From Thecamonas trahens ATCC 50062 (taxonomy: Eukaryota; Protista; Apusomonadida), in NCBI RefSeq assembly GCF_000142905.1, contig NW_013657659.1, positions 336,442-400,441 of the forward strand: DNA of 64,000 bases. The letters run 5' to 3'. Of this stretch, positions 40,500-51,632 are shown piece by piece. Numbering within the stretch: the first letter of the stretch is position 1; the number at the start of each line of letters is the position of its first letter. The notes under the pieces were generated by a model. It saw nothing but the letters and a program-made list of their open reading frames with translations. It made no database searches and was not told the DNA's origin. The position numbers and the translations under genes are program-made.

Positions 40500-41576
40500 G
40501 GCCTCGTCAGACCTGTGCTTGTTGGCTCGTGTTCCGAACAAACGGAGCACGAGACTGCCTCTTGGATTGTACGTCCTCAGCTGCACGCGCACACACTCTG
40601 CAGAAACACTCACTCCAACACGGTTGAAGAAGAGCGATGAGAGGTGACGCGATGCGTGTGCAAGACGATTGTAGTGAGAGTGGTGTGTGCCTGGGTGAGT
40701 GCGGGAATGAGACTGATTGCGGCTGTGACATCGGAAAAGATTCATAGCTCCATTTTTTCCCCTCCCTTGACTTTCCTGCACACCCCTGCCCCTCTCCCGC
40801 ACACCCCTTCCCCTCTTCCGCACGCCCCGCCCATCTCCGGCACACCTTTCCCATGCACAAGAGTCCAACCCCAGCATAGTGTACCTCTCATCGCCTCCAC
40901 GCACAACTGCACGCATCCCAAGGCAGGTACATGACGTCTACTGGCATGCGAGGCCATGACCGGTGATTGGCATGTAAACGCACAATCTGGTCAACCCCGG
41001 CCATTATTCGTCTTGGCACGCGTTCTCCCGTCGCCTGCCCACCACCGGCCGCCGACCGCAGCACAGCAGCCACCGCCGCTCGCCGCGACTCACAAGCTCA
41101 CTCGGAGGAGGGGGACACAGCACTTGTGGTGTGTGGGAAGAGAGCAACGGCATGACCATATACCGGGCGTATCTGCTGCGTAAGGCCGACGAGGCACTTG
41201 GGGTCACAGGAAGAGCCGCTGGTGGTGCGGCTGCTGGTCTTGGCGGTGGTGGTGGTGGTGGTGGTGGTGGTGGTGGTGGTGGCGTCGCCCGTGGTCCGAG
41301 ACGCCATCGGGCTGGGCTGGACGAAGCGCTGGACGGGCAACAGGACGGGGTAGTGGTAGTGCGGAGCAGTTCCGAGACTCGCCGACGTCTGCAGCGGCGG
41401 CGACCAACGCATCGCCACTGCCGAACCTCTCGTCGGTGCTCTCGCTCTCGGCGCTCTCGCCGTCGCCGTCGCCACCTACATCGGGCGCGGTGGGCCGGAC
41501 CCACTCATCACCGGCACTGGCAAGCTCGCCACTACGGACGGTGGCTTTTGGCAGGTCGCGGAGCCGGGCGCTGAAG

Positions 41577-43187
41577 ATGGGCGGGCGGGGGAGCCCGCTG
41601 GCGGCGGGCGCGGCGACAGGTGCGCCTGGCAGCGCGGATGAGGTGCTCGGCCGCGTCCTGCTGGCTATCCGGTTTGACGCCGCCGGTGTTGCGCATCGGG
41701 TGCCGCGCTCAAGCGACACATCGACCGGGCCCGATGATGCGTCACTTACAGACATGCTGAGCATCCCACACTCGCGACTGACAACGGCGGTGACCCGGCG
41801 CGGAGTGTGGGTGCAGGCTGCAGCGGGTGCAGGGAGTGCCACACTGCCGCATGCCCTCGGCGCACACATTGTGCATGGGACCAAGGTCTCGCTTATAGTG
41901 CTCGCTGACGGTGACGCGCATGGAGTTACCGAAGACGGCGCTGCAGTGCTAGAAGTGCTCGACGCGGAGCTGGCGTCACTGGCGCGGCCGACCCAATTCC
42001 GCGAGCTCGATCCGCCATCGCCGGTCTTTCTCGACTTTGCGCGGATGTTGCTACTGCTGGCGTTTACACGGGATCCCGTTCTCGCCCACGCCCGCGTCTC
42101 TTTGGTAGCCGGTGGCGGCGGGGCAGGGTACGGCGGCGGCGGCGGGTGCGACGACGCAATTTCGTGGGCATCGCACTCGAGCTCATCGAGCGGCGGCGGC
42201 GAGGGCGCGTCCAGCTCTGTGGCCGGGGCGTTCTCGCTGGCATCTCTGGTGGACACGCTCAGTAAGCTCGGGGTGACGCCTGGGGTGTTTTGGACTGCAG
42301 AGGAGGCTGCGACGGTGCGGACAACGTCGGCGTCTTGGATGCTGTTTCAGACCGAGGTCTTTCACGAGGCCGACGACGAGCGGTCGTCGCCGGCGCTGAG
42401 CAAGTTTGTGGACGTCCTGCTCCGTGAGGCCGAGGCGGCTGCGGCCGGCGAACCGTCGCTCTGGCTGCTGACGCTGGCTGAGATGGCGATTTACTTTGGC
42501 AAAGACGAGACGGTGGACGAAGTGGTCAAGTTTGTACGGCTTGCGGCCAACACCGGGCTGGTTCGCGTGGAGACTGCGGTGGCGGTGTCGGACGTGTTTG
42601 TGCCGACGCCGCGCGGACTCGCGCTCTGTACACCCGAGTGGTGGGAGGCGTTCGGCCAGCGAAGCGATCTGCCGCTCGGCTATGCGACGGCCGGCCAGGT
42701 CCTCCTTGACCTGCTGCTCACACGATACGAGTGCATCCAGAGCGTTGCGGCGCGACTCCGGCGGCGACTGCCTCGGCTCGGGCTGGACGTGGCGGGGGTG
42801 ATGGCGCTGGTGGAGATGCTGGTGGCGGAGCGGGTGGTGAAGCGGGTGTACATGGTGCCATTCATCGATTTTATGCGGTTCTTCCGCGACTGTACGCTCT
42901 CGGGGGTGCATCCAGACATGATGCAGCGGCTGCTGCAGCTCGAGCCGTACTTTGAGCACGCGTCGGCGCGGCGGTACACCCTCGAGGAGCTGCTGGCGCT
43001 GGTCAACCTGCGGGCGGGCGCAAACCCGCCGCTTACTTTCGAGACGCTAGTCGGCGACTTGGACTCGCTCGACATCTCGCTCTCGTGGTTTGTGCTCGAC
43101 GACGCCGGTGTTCTCGTCCCGGCCTCCACTGTCGCTCTCAATGGCTCCTCGGTCGACTGCTCTTGGGCGGCATGCTGCAGGCGATGA
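41577..43187 (+). CDS. hypothetical protein
   Basis: Long ORF with coding-like codon bias and globular composition; no family recognised. Start is uncertain. Confidence 0.6.
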   Translation: MGGRGSPLAAGAATGAPGSADEVLGRVLLAIRFDAAGVAHRVPRSSDTSTGPDDASLTDMLSIPHSRLTTAVTRRGVWVQAAAGAGSATLPHALGAHIVHGTKVSLIVLADGDAHGVTEDGAAVLEVLDAELASLARPTQFRELDPPSPVFLDFARMLLLLAFTRDPVLAHARVSLVAGGGGAGYGGGGGCDDAISWASHSSSSSGGGEGASSSVAGAFSLASLVDTLSKLGVTPGVFWTAEEAATVRTTSASWMLFQTEVFHEADDERSSPALSKFVDVLLREAEAAAAGEPSLWLLTLAEMAIYFGKDETVDEVVKFVRLAANTGLVRVETAVAVSDVFVPTPRGLALCTPEWWEAFGQRSDLPLGYATAGQVLLDLLLTRYECIQSVAARLRRRLPRLGLDVAGVMALVEMLVAERVVKRVYMVPFIDFMRFFRDCTLSGVHPDMMQRLLQLEPYFEHASARRYTLEELLALVNLRAGANPPLTFETLVGDLDSLDISLSWFVLDDAGVLVPASTVALNGSSVDCSWAACCRR

Positions 43188-43204
43188 TTTCTCCCCCGCC
43201 CTAC

Positions 43205-44142
43205 CTAGCTCGACTCAAAGTCAAACGGCAACGACGACGAGTCAGTAGCCGACTCTTCACCGTCGCCATCGCCGTCGCCGTCGGCTGATCCGGATCCGTA
43301 TGACCCGGAGCCTGACGACGACGATGACGATGACGACGACGTTGCTCTCTTTTTCTTCTTGCGCCTTGAGCGGTCTTTGCTTTTGGGCGTGACCCGCTTG
43401 GGCTTGGGCTTGGGCTTGGATTGTTTGGACTTGGATTGTTTGGACTTGGCCTTCTTGGACTTGGCCTTCTTGGTCTTTGCCTTCTTGGACCTGGTAACCT
43501 TGGGCTTGGCAACCTTAGGCTTGGTGACCTCGGCCTTGACCTTACCCTTACTCTTACCCTCACGCTTTCCCTCACGCTTTCCCTCACGCTTGCCCTCACG
43601 CTTGCCCTTGCCCTTCCTCTTCTCCTTGCCCGTGCCCTTGCTCTCGCGATCGGGCTCGGTCTCGTCGTCAGCTGTTGCCTCGTACCGCTGCCGACGGCGG
43701 CGGCCGCGCCCAAAAACGCACCGACTTGCCGTCCGTCCTGATATCCGCCAAGAGCCTTGTCGTACATGGCGAGAGGCTGCCAGCCCGACTCGGCTACCAC
43801 CAGGGTGGCAACTGATCTAGAGCCAACGCCGGGCGTGGGACGGACAGTTGACGATGCATCGCCTGACGGATTGGTCGAGTCGGTCAACGACTGCTCCGAA
43901 CTTGACGAGCTCTTTGTGCGGAATTGCTTGACGGCCGACTTTGGATACTTTGTAAACTCGACCATGGCCTTCTTGCGGGCGATACGAGTAACGAACCGCG
44001 TCCGCTTGACGTACGTGCCGTAGACGAGCAAGCCCACTCCGACAGCACACACACACACCGCCAGCACAATTCGAAGCGCCAACGGCGAGTCACCATCACC
44101 CGTCATAACCATCGCCACACCCGCGGTCGTGTTTGCCGCCAT
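43205..44142 (-). CDS. single-pass membrane protein with Lys/Ser-rich low-complexity tail; frameshift near 43700
   Basis: TM IVLAVCVCAVGVGLLVYGTY. The downstream frame reads KSKKAKTKKAKSKK...SLPFDFESS* (TAG at 43205). Confidence 0.55.
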
Positions 44143-44158
44143 CTGTCCGTCTCTCTGT

Positions 44159-44211
44159 TGGTCTGTCGGTCTGTCGGTCTGTCGGTCTGTCGGTCTGTCG
44201 GTCTGTCGGAC

Positions 44212-44267
<56 letters not shown>
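44159..44267. repeat. (GGTCTGTC)n plus (CA)n microsatellites
   Basis: Seen directly in the sequence. Confidence 0.95.
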
Positions 44268-44271
<4 letters not shown>

Positions 44272-44967
44272 TCGAGTGGGTGGTGGGAGGTAGGTGGTGG
44301 GAGTGAGTGCAGTGGGTGCAGTGGGTCAAGTGTGAGGGCACTGGCGTGGGTGTACCGTGTGGGCGTGGGCTTGGCCAGGTGGCCTGGTTCACAGCTAGTC
44401 AGCGGCAGTGGTTGGCGGGCGGCGGGCGGAAGAAGGGCGGGCTGAGGGCTTGGCCGGGGGGGGGGGGGGAAGGGGGGGGAGGTAGTGACATGGACAGGGG
44501 TCGCCAAAGATGTTGCGGAGATGCCACGGTGTGCCGTTGTCCACACCATGGACAGCTACCTTCGCTATCGGTTACTCCTCAAGCGTTGCCTGACCATGAT
44601 CATGATCATCACCATCATCACCTTACCATCATCGTCATCACCATCATCTTCAATGGCCTTCTTGCCTGCTGTAGAGGTGACAGCATTTGACAGGCCGAGG
44701 CAAGCAAGACACGAGCACATCAACATCTTCTCCGCATCCCGCTTTGTACCCCCCCCCCCCCCCCCCCCCCCTCCTTCTCTCTCTCATCGCCCACTCCAAA
44801 CTCGATCGAGATCGGATTGCCGCAGTCCCCCTTCCCTCCGTCCCTCCCCCACCAGCCCGGCTGACCGGCTCCCTGTCGTCAGCTGGAGAGGTAGAGACGA
44901 CAGAACAGTGGCAAAGTCACACGACTCGAGGGGGGCAAGGGCGTGGGCGAGGAGAAGGAAAGGACCA

Positions 44968-47489
44968 ATGGCGGTGTGGCAGCTGCAGAGCGTAGTGGAC
45001 GATACCACTCTCGGTGAACTGTCGCACTACGAGGCTGCATCCTCCTACGCCATGGCTGCCACTGCGCCGCTGCTTGGCGGAGACCGACGTGGGGCGAGTC
45101 GACTGAATGTGAATGGTGACGACGGAGAGAGCGGCGGACGATGGACCGGACATGGCGGCGGTGGTGGACATGGCGGCGGTGGTGGACATGGCGGCGGTGG
45201 TGGACATGGCGGCGGTGGTGGACATGCCGGTGGTGGTAGTGGGCATGGTCATGTCATGACTGCGGCTGAAGTTGCTCGCATGAACAGCTACGAGTCGCTC
45301 GACTACGAGGTGTGGTACTCGGAGGCGCAAGAGGCGTTTGAGGAAGAGAACCAAGGCGCAAAAGGCTACGCTTGGTTCATGGCGGTTATGCCTTGGCTTG
45401 CTATGTTTGCCATCGGTCTCGCCACGGGCATCGTCTCCTTTGGCATCTTTCAGGCTGTCAAGAACCTCGCCGCCACCCGCTTTGCGCTCACCTTTTGGAT
45501 GCTCGATCACGTGTCGCTCGGCGCCGCCTTTGCGGCCTACGCCGCATGGGCCGGTGTCTCGGTTGGCATTGCCTCGCTGCTGGTCATGGGCATCGAGCCT
45601 GTGGCCGGCGGCTCGGGCATTCCCGAGATCAAGGGCTATCTCAACGGGACAAACGTGCACAAGCTGATGCGCCTCAAAACCGCGGTGGTCAAGGTCCTTG
45701 GCGTCATCTTTGCCGTCTCGGGCGGCCTGACGTGCGGCAAAGAGGGCCCGCTTGTTCACACGGGCTTTGCCCTCGCCGGTAACATTGTGCACTTGCCAAA
45801 GATGGCGACGGCTTGCGCGACTCGGGCGAGCCGCAAGTACTGGCAGGCCTTCCGGTCCGACGTCCACAAGCGCGACTTTGTGACTGCAGGCGCGGCCGCG
45901 GGCGTTGCGGCCGCCTTTGGCGCCCCGGTCGGAGGCGTCCTCTTTGCGCTGGAGGAGGCGTCGTCGTACTGGCAGCTCCAGCTGATGTGGCGCTCGTTCT
46001 TCTGCGCCCTCATCGCCACGTTCACCCTCATCTTCTTCCGCTCCGGCTCCGAGGGCTCGTGGCTTGACCTCTCCTCTCCGGGCCTCATCACCTTTGGCGA
46101 GTTCAAGCCCAACGCGTACCGCCTGTGGGAGCTCATTCCGTTTCTGGGCCTCGCCGTTGTCGGCGGCATGCTTGGCGCGTTTTCAACAAGTGCAACAACG
46201 CGCTCTGCCGCTGGCGCCGCGACCACATCGAGAAGGCCGCCACAATCAGGGTCCTTGAAGCCGTCGCCATCGCCGTCCTCACTGCCGCGCTCTCGTTTTG
46301 GCTCCCGGTTGCACTCCAGTCGTGTAAGGAGCTGCCGGCTAGGCTCTCCGTCGACGACGCCGAGCACTACCACCGGTTCCTTTGCAAGCCCGGCGAGTAC
46401 TCGGCCATGGCCAACGCCATGTTCAACACTCAGGAAGACATCATCAAGGGCTTCTTCCACATCGAGGATCCGTACCCGATCCCGGTCCTTCTCATCGTCC
46501 TCGCTCTCTACTTTGGCCTTGCTACCATCACCTACGGCCTCGCCGTCCCAGCCGGCCTCTTTGTCCCCGCTATCATGTGCGGCTGCGCCTACGGCCGCAT
46601 GGCTGGCGAGGCCATGGACTCGCTCTTCCCCTCGGCCGACATCGACTCGGGCGTGTACGCCCTCATCGGCGCAGCCACAGCCCTCGGCGGCATCACCCGC
46701 ATGACCATTTCGCTCACCGTCATCCTCCTCGAGACGACCAACGACATTCAGATGCTGCTCCCGCTCATGGTCGGCGTCATCGTCTCAAAGTGGGTCGGCG
46801 ACTGGTTCAACATCTCACTCTACGACCTCCACGTCGAGCTCAAGTGCATCCCGTTTGTGGAGAACAACCCGCCGGCTGGCCTCGAGCGCCTCACCGCCCG
46901 CGACATCATGGTCACGCCGCTCGTCACCCTGCCTCACCTCGTCACCGTCGGTGCCGTCTACGACGTCCTTGTCTCCACCTCACACAATGGGTTCCCGGTC
47001 GTGGCCCACCGCGCATCCGCTCCAGCCCCGCAGCAGCTCCTAGCACCGCCATCGTCGCCGTCGTCGTCGGACCCGCGCCTGGTCGGCATCATTCTCCGCT
47101 CCCATCTGCTCTCCCTACTCCGCCACCGAACCTTCTACCACGAGCTTGACGGGCCCGACGGGAGCCCGGTCCTCGACCTTGCACAGGACGCGTCGATCCC
47201 GCACGTTCTCGACTTTGCGCCGTCGCTCTCGTCGACCTCGGATGCGCTCGCCACCGACCTTGCCGGCGTGGCGCTGCGACCGGGCGACCGGGACGCGTTT
47301 ATCGACTTGCGGCCTTTCCTCAACAAGGCACCGTTCCGAGTCCTCCTCGAGACGCCAGTCCCGCGCGTCTACCGCACCTTCCGCTCGATGGGCCTCCGCC
47401 ACTTGTGCGTGGTCGACGAGAACAACACCCCGCACGGCATCATCACCCGCAAGGACATCCGAACCGACTTTACTGTCGACCTCAACTAA
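44968..47489 (+). CDS. CLC chloride/proton antiporter, CLC-6/7-like, with CBS domains; frameshift ~46182
   Basis: YESLDYE, GSGIPE, GKEGP, GGVLFALEEASS, GLFVP, RMTISLTVILLE, SHNGFPVV and FRSMGLRHLCVV. Confidence 0.93.
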
Positions 47490-47500
47490 GGCGGAGCCTT

Positions 47501-50500
47501 TCAGCGGGCAGGATCAGCCTCAGCCGTGGCGAGAGCCTCGGCCTTGGCGGCAGCCTCGCGCGTGGCATTCGTCTTGGCCTCCACCGCGGCGGCTTCTGCA
47601 GCCGCCAGCGCGGCGGCCTCGCCAGCCTTAAAGTGGGCCTGGCACGTGGCCGAGCAGAGAATGTAGTGGATGTTGGGCGACTTGCCGTAGCCGAGCGCCT
47701 CGAGCACGGCGTCGCGGCCCCAGTGGCCGTACTTGAGCGAGGCGAGCGGGAGGTCGTCGAGGCAGTACGCCCACGGGCACTCCTTGCACACAAAGAGCAA
47801 GCCGCCGCCGTCGGCCGCCGAGCGGGTGCACACCCCGCACCGGTGCTGTGGGCAGCGCCAGTAGCCGGCCCGCATGCCGGAGCGCAGCTTCTCGGGATCG
47901 GTCTCGGTCTCACCTGCACAGAGCGGGTGGAAGACGCGCGGGCACGCGTCGCAGCACACCAGCGAGCCGCCGTCGCGGCACCCGTGGCACAGGCTCTGCC
48001 ACGCAAAGTAATCGCCGGCCTTGCGCCGCGCCGGCATCGGCGTGGTAATAGTAAAGTCATCGGTCGGGTCCGGCTCGTCGGCGCAAGCGACCGGGAGCGA
48101 GAGCTGCGGCGGGAGCCCGACGGCGGCGCGCGCAGCCTCGAGCATCTCCTGTGGCACGTTGGTCTCCACCAGCGCAGCCGGCTCAACGGCATCCTCGGCG
48201 GCCGGCAAGGCAGTGGCCGACTGAACGACCGAGTCGTCGTCGAGCGCCACCGCAAGCTCCTCGTCCTTGGCCACCGTGTCGCGGTGGAGGAGGAGCTTGG
48301 CGTCGGCGACGGCGAGCACGTGCTCGTCGATCGTCCCGCGGGTCGAGAGCCGGTAGATGGTCACCGGCTGGTCTTGCCCAATGCGGTGGGCGCGGTCCTG
48401 GGCCTGGACGTCAACGTGAGGGTTCCACGCCGAGTCGAGGAGGACAACCGTCGAAGCCGAGGTGAGCGAGAGGCCGAGGCCGGCGGCGCGGGTTGAGAGC
48501 AGGTACACATGCGCCCGGCACTTGGGATCATTGAACCGCGAGACGTCAAACGAGCGCTTGGCAAGCGGCGTCGTCCCGTCGAGACGCAGCCAGTGAAAGC
48601 CGCGGCCAAACTCTTGCTCGAGCATGGACTCGACAACGTCGAGGACGGTGGTAAACTGCGAGAAGACCAGGATCTTGGCGTTGGCGTCGCGCGCGGCGCG
48701 AACCATGTGCAGTACAACCGCAAGCTTGCCCGAGCGTGCCACGAGCCGCTTCACGCTTGGAAGCTCGGCGTCCGACGGCGCCGACGCCAGCTGGCGCAGC
48801 CGCTGGACAGTGGCCAGCCACTGCGAGTGCGCGTCCGACGACCGACCCTCCTTGCGGGCAATCGCCGCCCTCCGCGCCTGGTCCACGGCGAGCGCGTACG
48901 CCGCGTGTTGGTGGGTGGTAAGCGGGATCGAGAGGCGGACCTCGGTCTTGGGCGGGATCGAGGCAGCCACTACGGCCTTGGTCCGCCGCAGCAGGATAGC
49001 GTCGAGCATGGCAGCCGCAGCCTCGAGCGTGTCCTTGCGGTAGCCAGTCGCCGAGGCCGACGACCTGGTCGGCAGCGCTTTGAACGGCTTGGGCGACGAA
49101 AAGATGGGAAAGGCGTAGTTGATCATGGCCCACAGCTCGTGGAGCGAGTTCTGCACCGGCGTTCCGGTCAGCAGGAGCCGCGAGACAGACTTGAGCCGCC
49201 GCACGTTCTTGGAGATGTTCGACCGCGGGTTCTTGATCCGGTGCGCCTCGTCAAACACAATGTAGTGCCACACAAACTTGGTCCGCAACTTGCCGAGCGA
49301 TGACGAGAGCGTCTCTGCCGTCGTGATGGCCACGTCAAAATCCATCGGCAGCATGACGTACTCCATGACCTTGTCACGCTCCGACGCCGTACCATGGAAA
49401 ATAGCCACACGGAGCGACGGCGCCCACCGCCGGAGCTCGGCCTTCCACGACGGGAGGAGCGAGACGGGCACAACAATGAGGTGCGGGCCGGCGCGCCCGT
49501 TCGAGTTCTCGGTGATGTGCAGGAGAAAGGCGATGGCCTGCAGCGTCTTGCCGAGGCCCATCTCGTCGGCGAGGATCGATGAGACGCCGGCGTTGTGATG
49601 CTGCAGCATGAAGTTGATGCCGCGTCGCTGGTGCGGGTGGAGCTTTCCGCCGGCCATCCCGCGCGGCTGCTCGCCCTCGGCAATGAGCGGGACGACGGGC
49701 GCGTGCTCGGGCTCGGACGAGCTCGACGAGCTAGATGACGAGCCCGAGTACGAGGTCGAGCCTGACGAGGTGGACGAGCTCGACGAGCTCGACGACGAAC
49801 CTTGCCGGTTCTTCTTCCGCGCCTTGCGCTCGGCACGGAGCCGCTTGCGCTCGGCCTTGGAGCGGAAGAGCTTCGGCCCAGAAAGTAGCGGAAGCCCTCG
49901 GGATGCGCCCGCGCAAACCGTTTCTCCATCCGCGACGCATCGCTGACCCACCGCATGAGCCGACGATTGCGCCGGTTCCGCGAGACGGCCCGCTCCTTCC
50001 TCACGGCCCGCGCCTGCGAGCCAAACTTATCAACCACAGCCTGGGCCGCTTCGCCGCTCTCTGTCCGCCCATGCCCCTCGTTCTCGTCTTCCTCCTCTAA
50101 CTCGGCCTCTGCATCGGCTTCGGCCCGTGCTTCCTCCGCCGCCTCGTCATCGACGACCACCACGGACGAAGGCGACGGATCCGACGAGACGGCGACAAGG
50201 TCGTCCTCGGACGGAGCATGGCCTGCCGACGGGGGAAGACCACTTGAAGCGGTAGCACTTGGACTTGGAGCAGCAGAGCCATCCAAAGTACGTGACCGCT
50301 TGGCCGGTGGAGGCGAGGTAGCCACCTTGCTCACGCCATGGGCCTCCGCGGGAGGCGGAAGCGCCGACGAACGCGGCGCCAGACTCGACGCCTTTGCCTT
50401 GCCACTCGCCCCAGCTGTCTGCTCGTCTTGTGGGCCACCTCCTACCTCCTCTTCCCGCTTCCGCTTCTTGTTCTGTTCCTCGCCTGGGCCTGCAGCGCTG

Positions 50501-50523
50501 AAGAATGACTTGAGTGTGGCCAT
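47501..50523 (-). CDS. SNF2-family chromatin-remodelling ATPase with C-terminal PHD/Cys-His fingers; frameshift ~49878
   Basis: ILADEMGLGKTLQ, DEAHRIKN, LLLTGTPVQN, LSTRAAGLGL and WNPHVDVQAQDRAHRIGQ, then CHGCRDGGSLVCCDACPRVFHPLC...CPQHRCGVC. Confidence 0.92.
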
Positions 50524-50778
50524 GATTGCGATCGGACTGGTGGGATGGGTGGGGGTGGTGGGGGTGGTGGGGGGGGGGGAGGGGGAAGAGGAAGAGTCGA
50601 GTGATGAGGATTCTATCAGTGGCGGCCAAAGCTGATGTCACCCACTTCCCACTCCCTCTCTCCCTCGGCTGCACCGAGCGCTTGTCTTGGCCCAGAGAAG
50701 TGGCCTGTGATCCGAGGTGATGATCTGACCCAAGTCGCAGGACTCGACCGATTCTGGTGGACTAGTTAATATCTGGCT

Positions 50779-51629
50779 TTAACCCTTAGCGGGACGGGCG
50801 TTCGGACGCGTTGTCGCGCGTCTCAAAGTGGCCAACTCGATGATGCTGGACTTCCAGGTTACCGGCCGACGCTGCGCGACGCCTGCTTGGTCTGCGGCAT
50901 GAGATGGGAGGCGCGCCCGCCCACAAGTGATGACGGCCGACACGCACACGCCCGCCTGAAGGATGCCCGACCTGGGAGCATGGGCGAGGTGCGCGAGGTG
51001 CCGTACGGTGCCGATCCGGAGGAGTGGCAGGCGCGGACGGTGCGGTGGTTGTCGTTGACGACCCCGACAACCGGGAAGTTGAGCATAACAGAGTTGAACA
51101 CATCGGCCGGACGGGAGAGCGTGAGGAAGTTGTGGATCTTTTTGCGACGGACGAGCTTGCCGGCCAGCATGGCCGCGCAAGTGGTAGCGCGCCATCTTGT
51201 AGGGTTCTGGACGCTGCGCTCATCAACGCGTAAGCGCTGAACGCTGACGCCCCACCATGATTCGCGTGGCTTTTCGCTACGACATCATCGACGCCCTCGC
51301 CGCCGGCGCCGACACTGTCAGCTTCGCGCCGTCGCGCAAGCGGAAGCGTCCCTGTGCAGCAGCTGCTCGTCATCACCACTTTCCCCAGCGAGCCGCTATG
51401 CGAAGGGACTGCCTCGCCTGCCGGAAGCTTCATGGTAAGCGATCGATCGCGGCCGCGGACCTTTCGCGCCGCGTGCGGTATCCATCTCTGCGTCGCCAAC
51501 TGTTTATGTTGTGGCCCACATGTGGCCACAGCAGCCGTTAACACACTGTACTACTCTTACACCGCGATTGATGGACGTTGCGACGTCTGTGGAGCGTCGC
51601 GGAGCGCGGCTTGCACGATAAAGGAGTAA
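50779..51629 (+). mobile_element. decayed piggyBac-like transposon remnant
   Basis: TTAA-CCCTT at 50779. Fragments RKW*RAIL*, VLDAALINA*AL, FRYDIIDAL, HFP...RRDCLAC and CGIHLCVANC follow the order of a piggyBac transposase C-terminus, with stops and frameshifts. Confidence 0.6.
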
Positions 51630-51632
51630 GAC

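Noticed and set aside
41577-42100. Possible longin/DENN (C9orf72-like) fold
   Set aside because: The resemblance is too vague to support without a profile search.
50600-50735. Box C/D-like GTGATGA...CTGA motifs
   Set aside because: The spacing is too short for a snoRNA, and no terminal stem or recognisable rRNA guide is present.
50780-50788. TAACCCT as an interstitial telomere repeat
   Set aside because: It is a single unit and is better explained as a piggyBac TTAA-CCC end.
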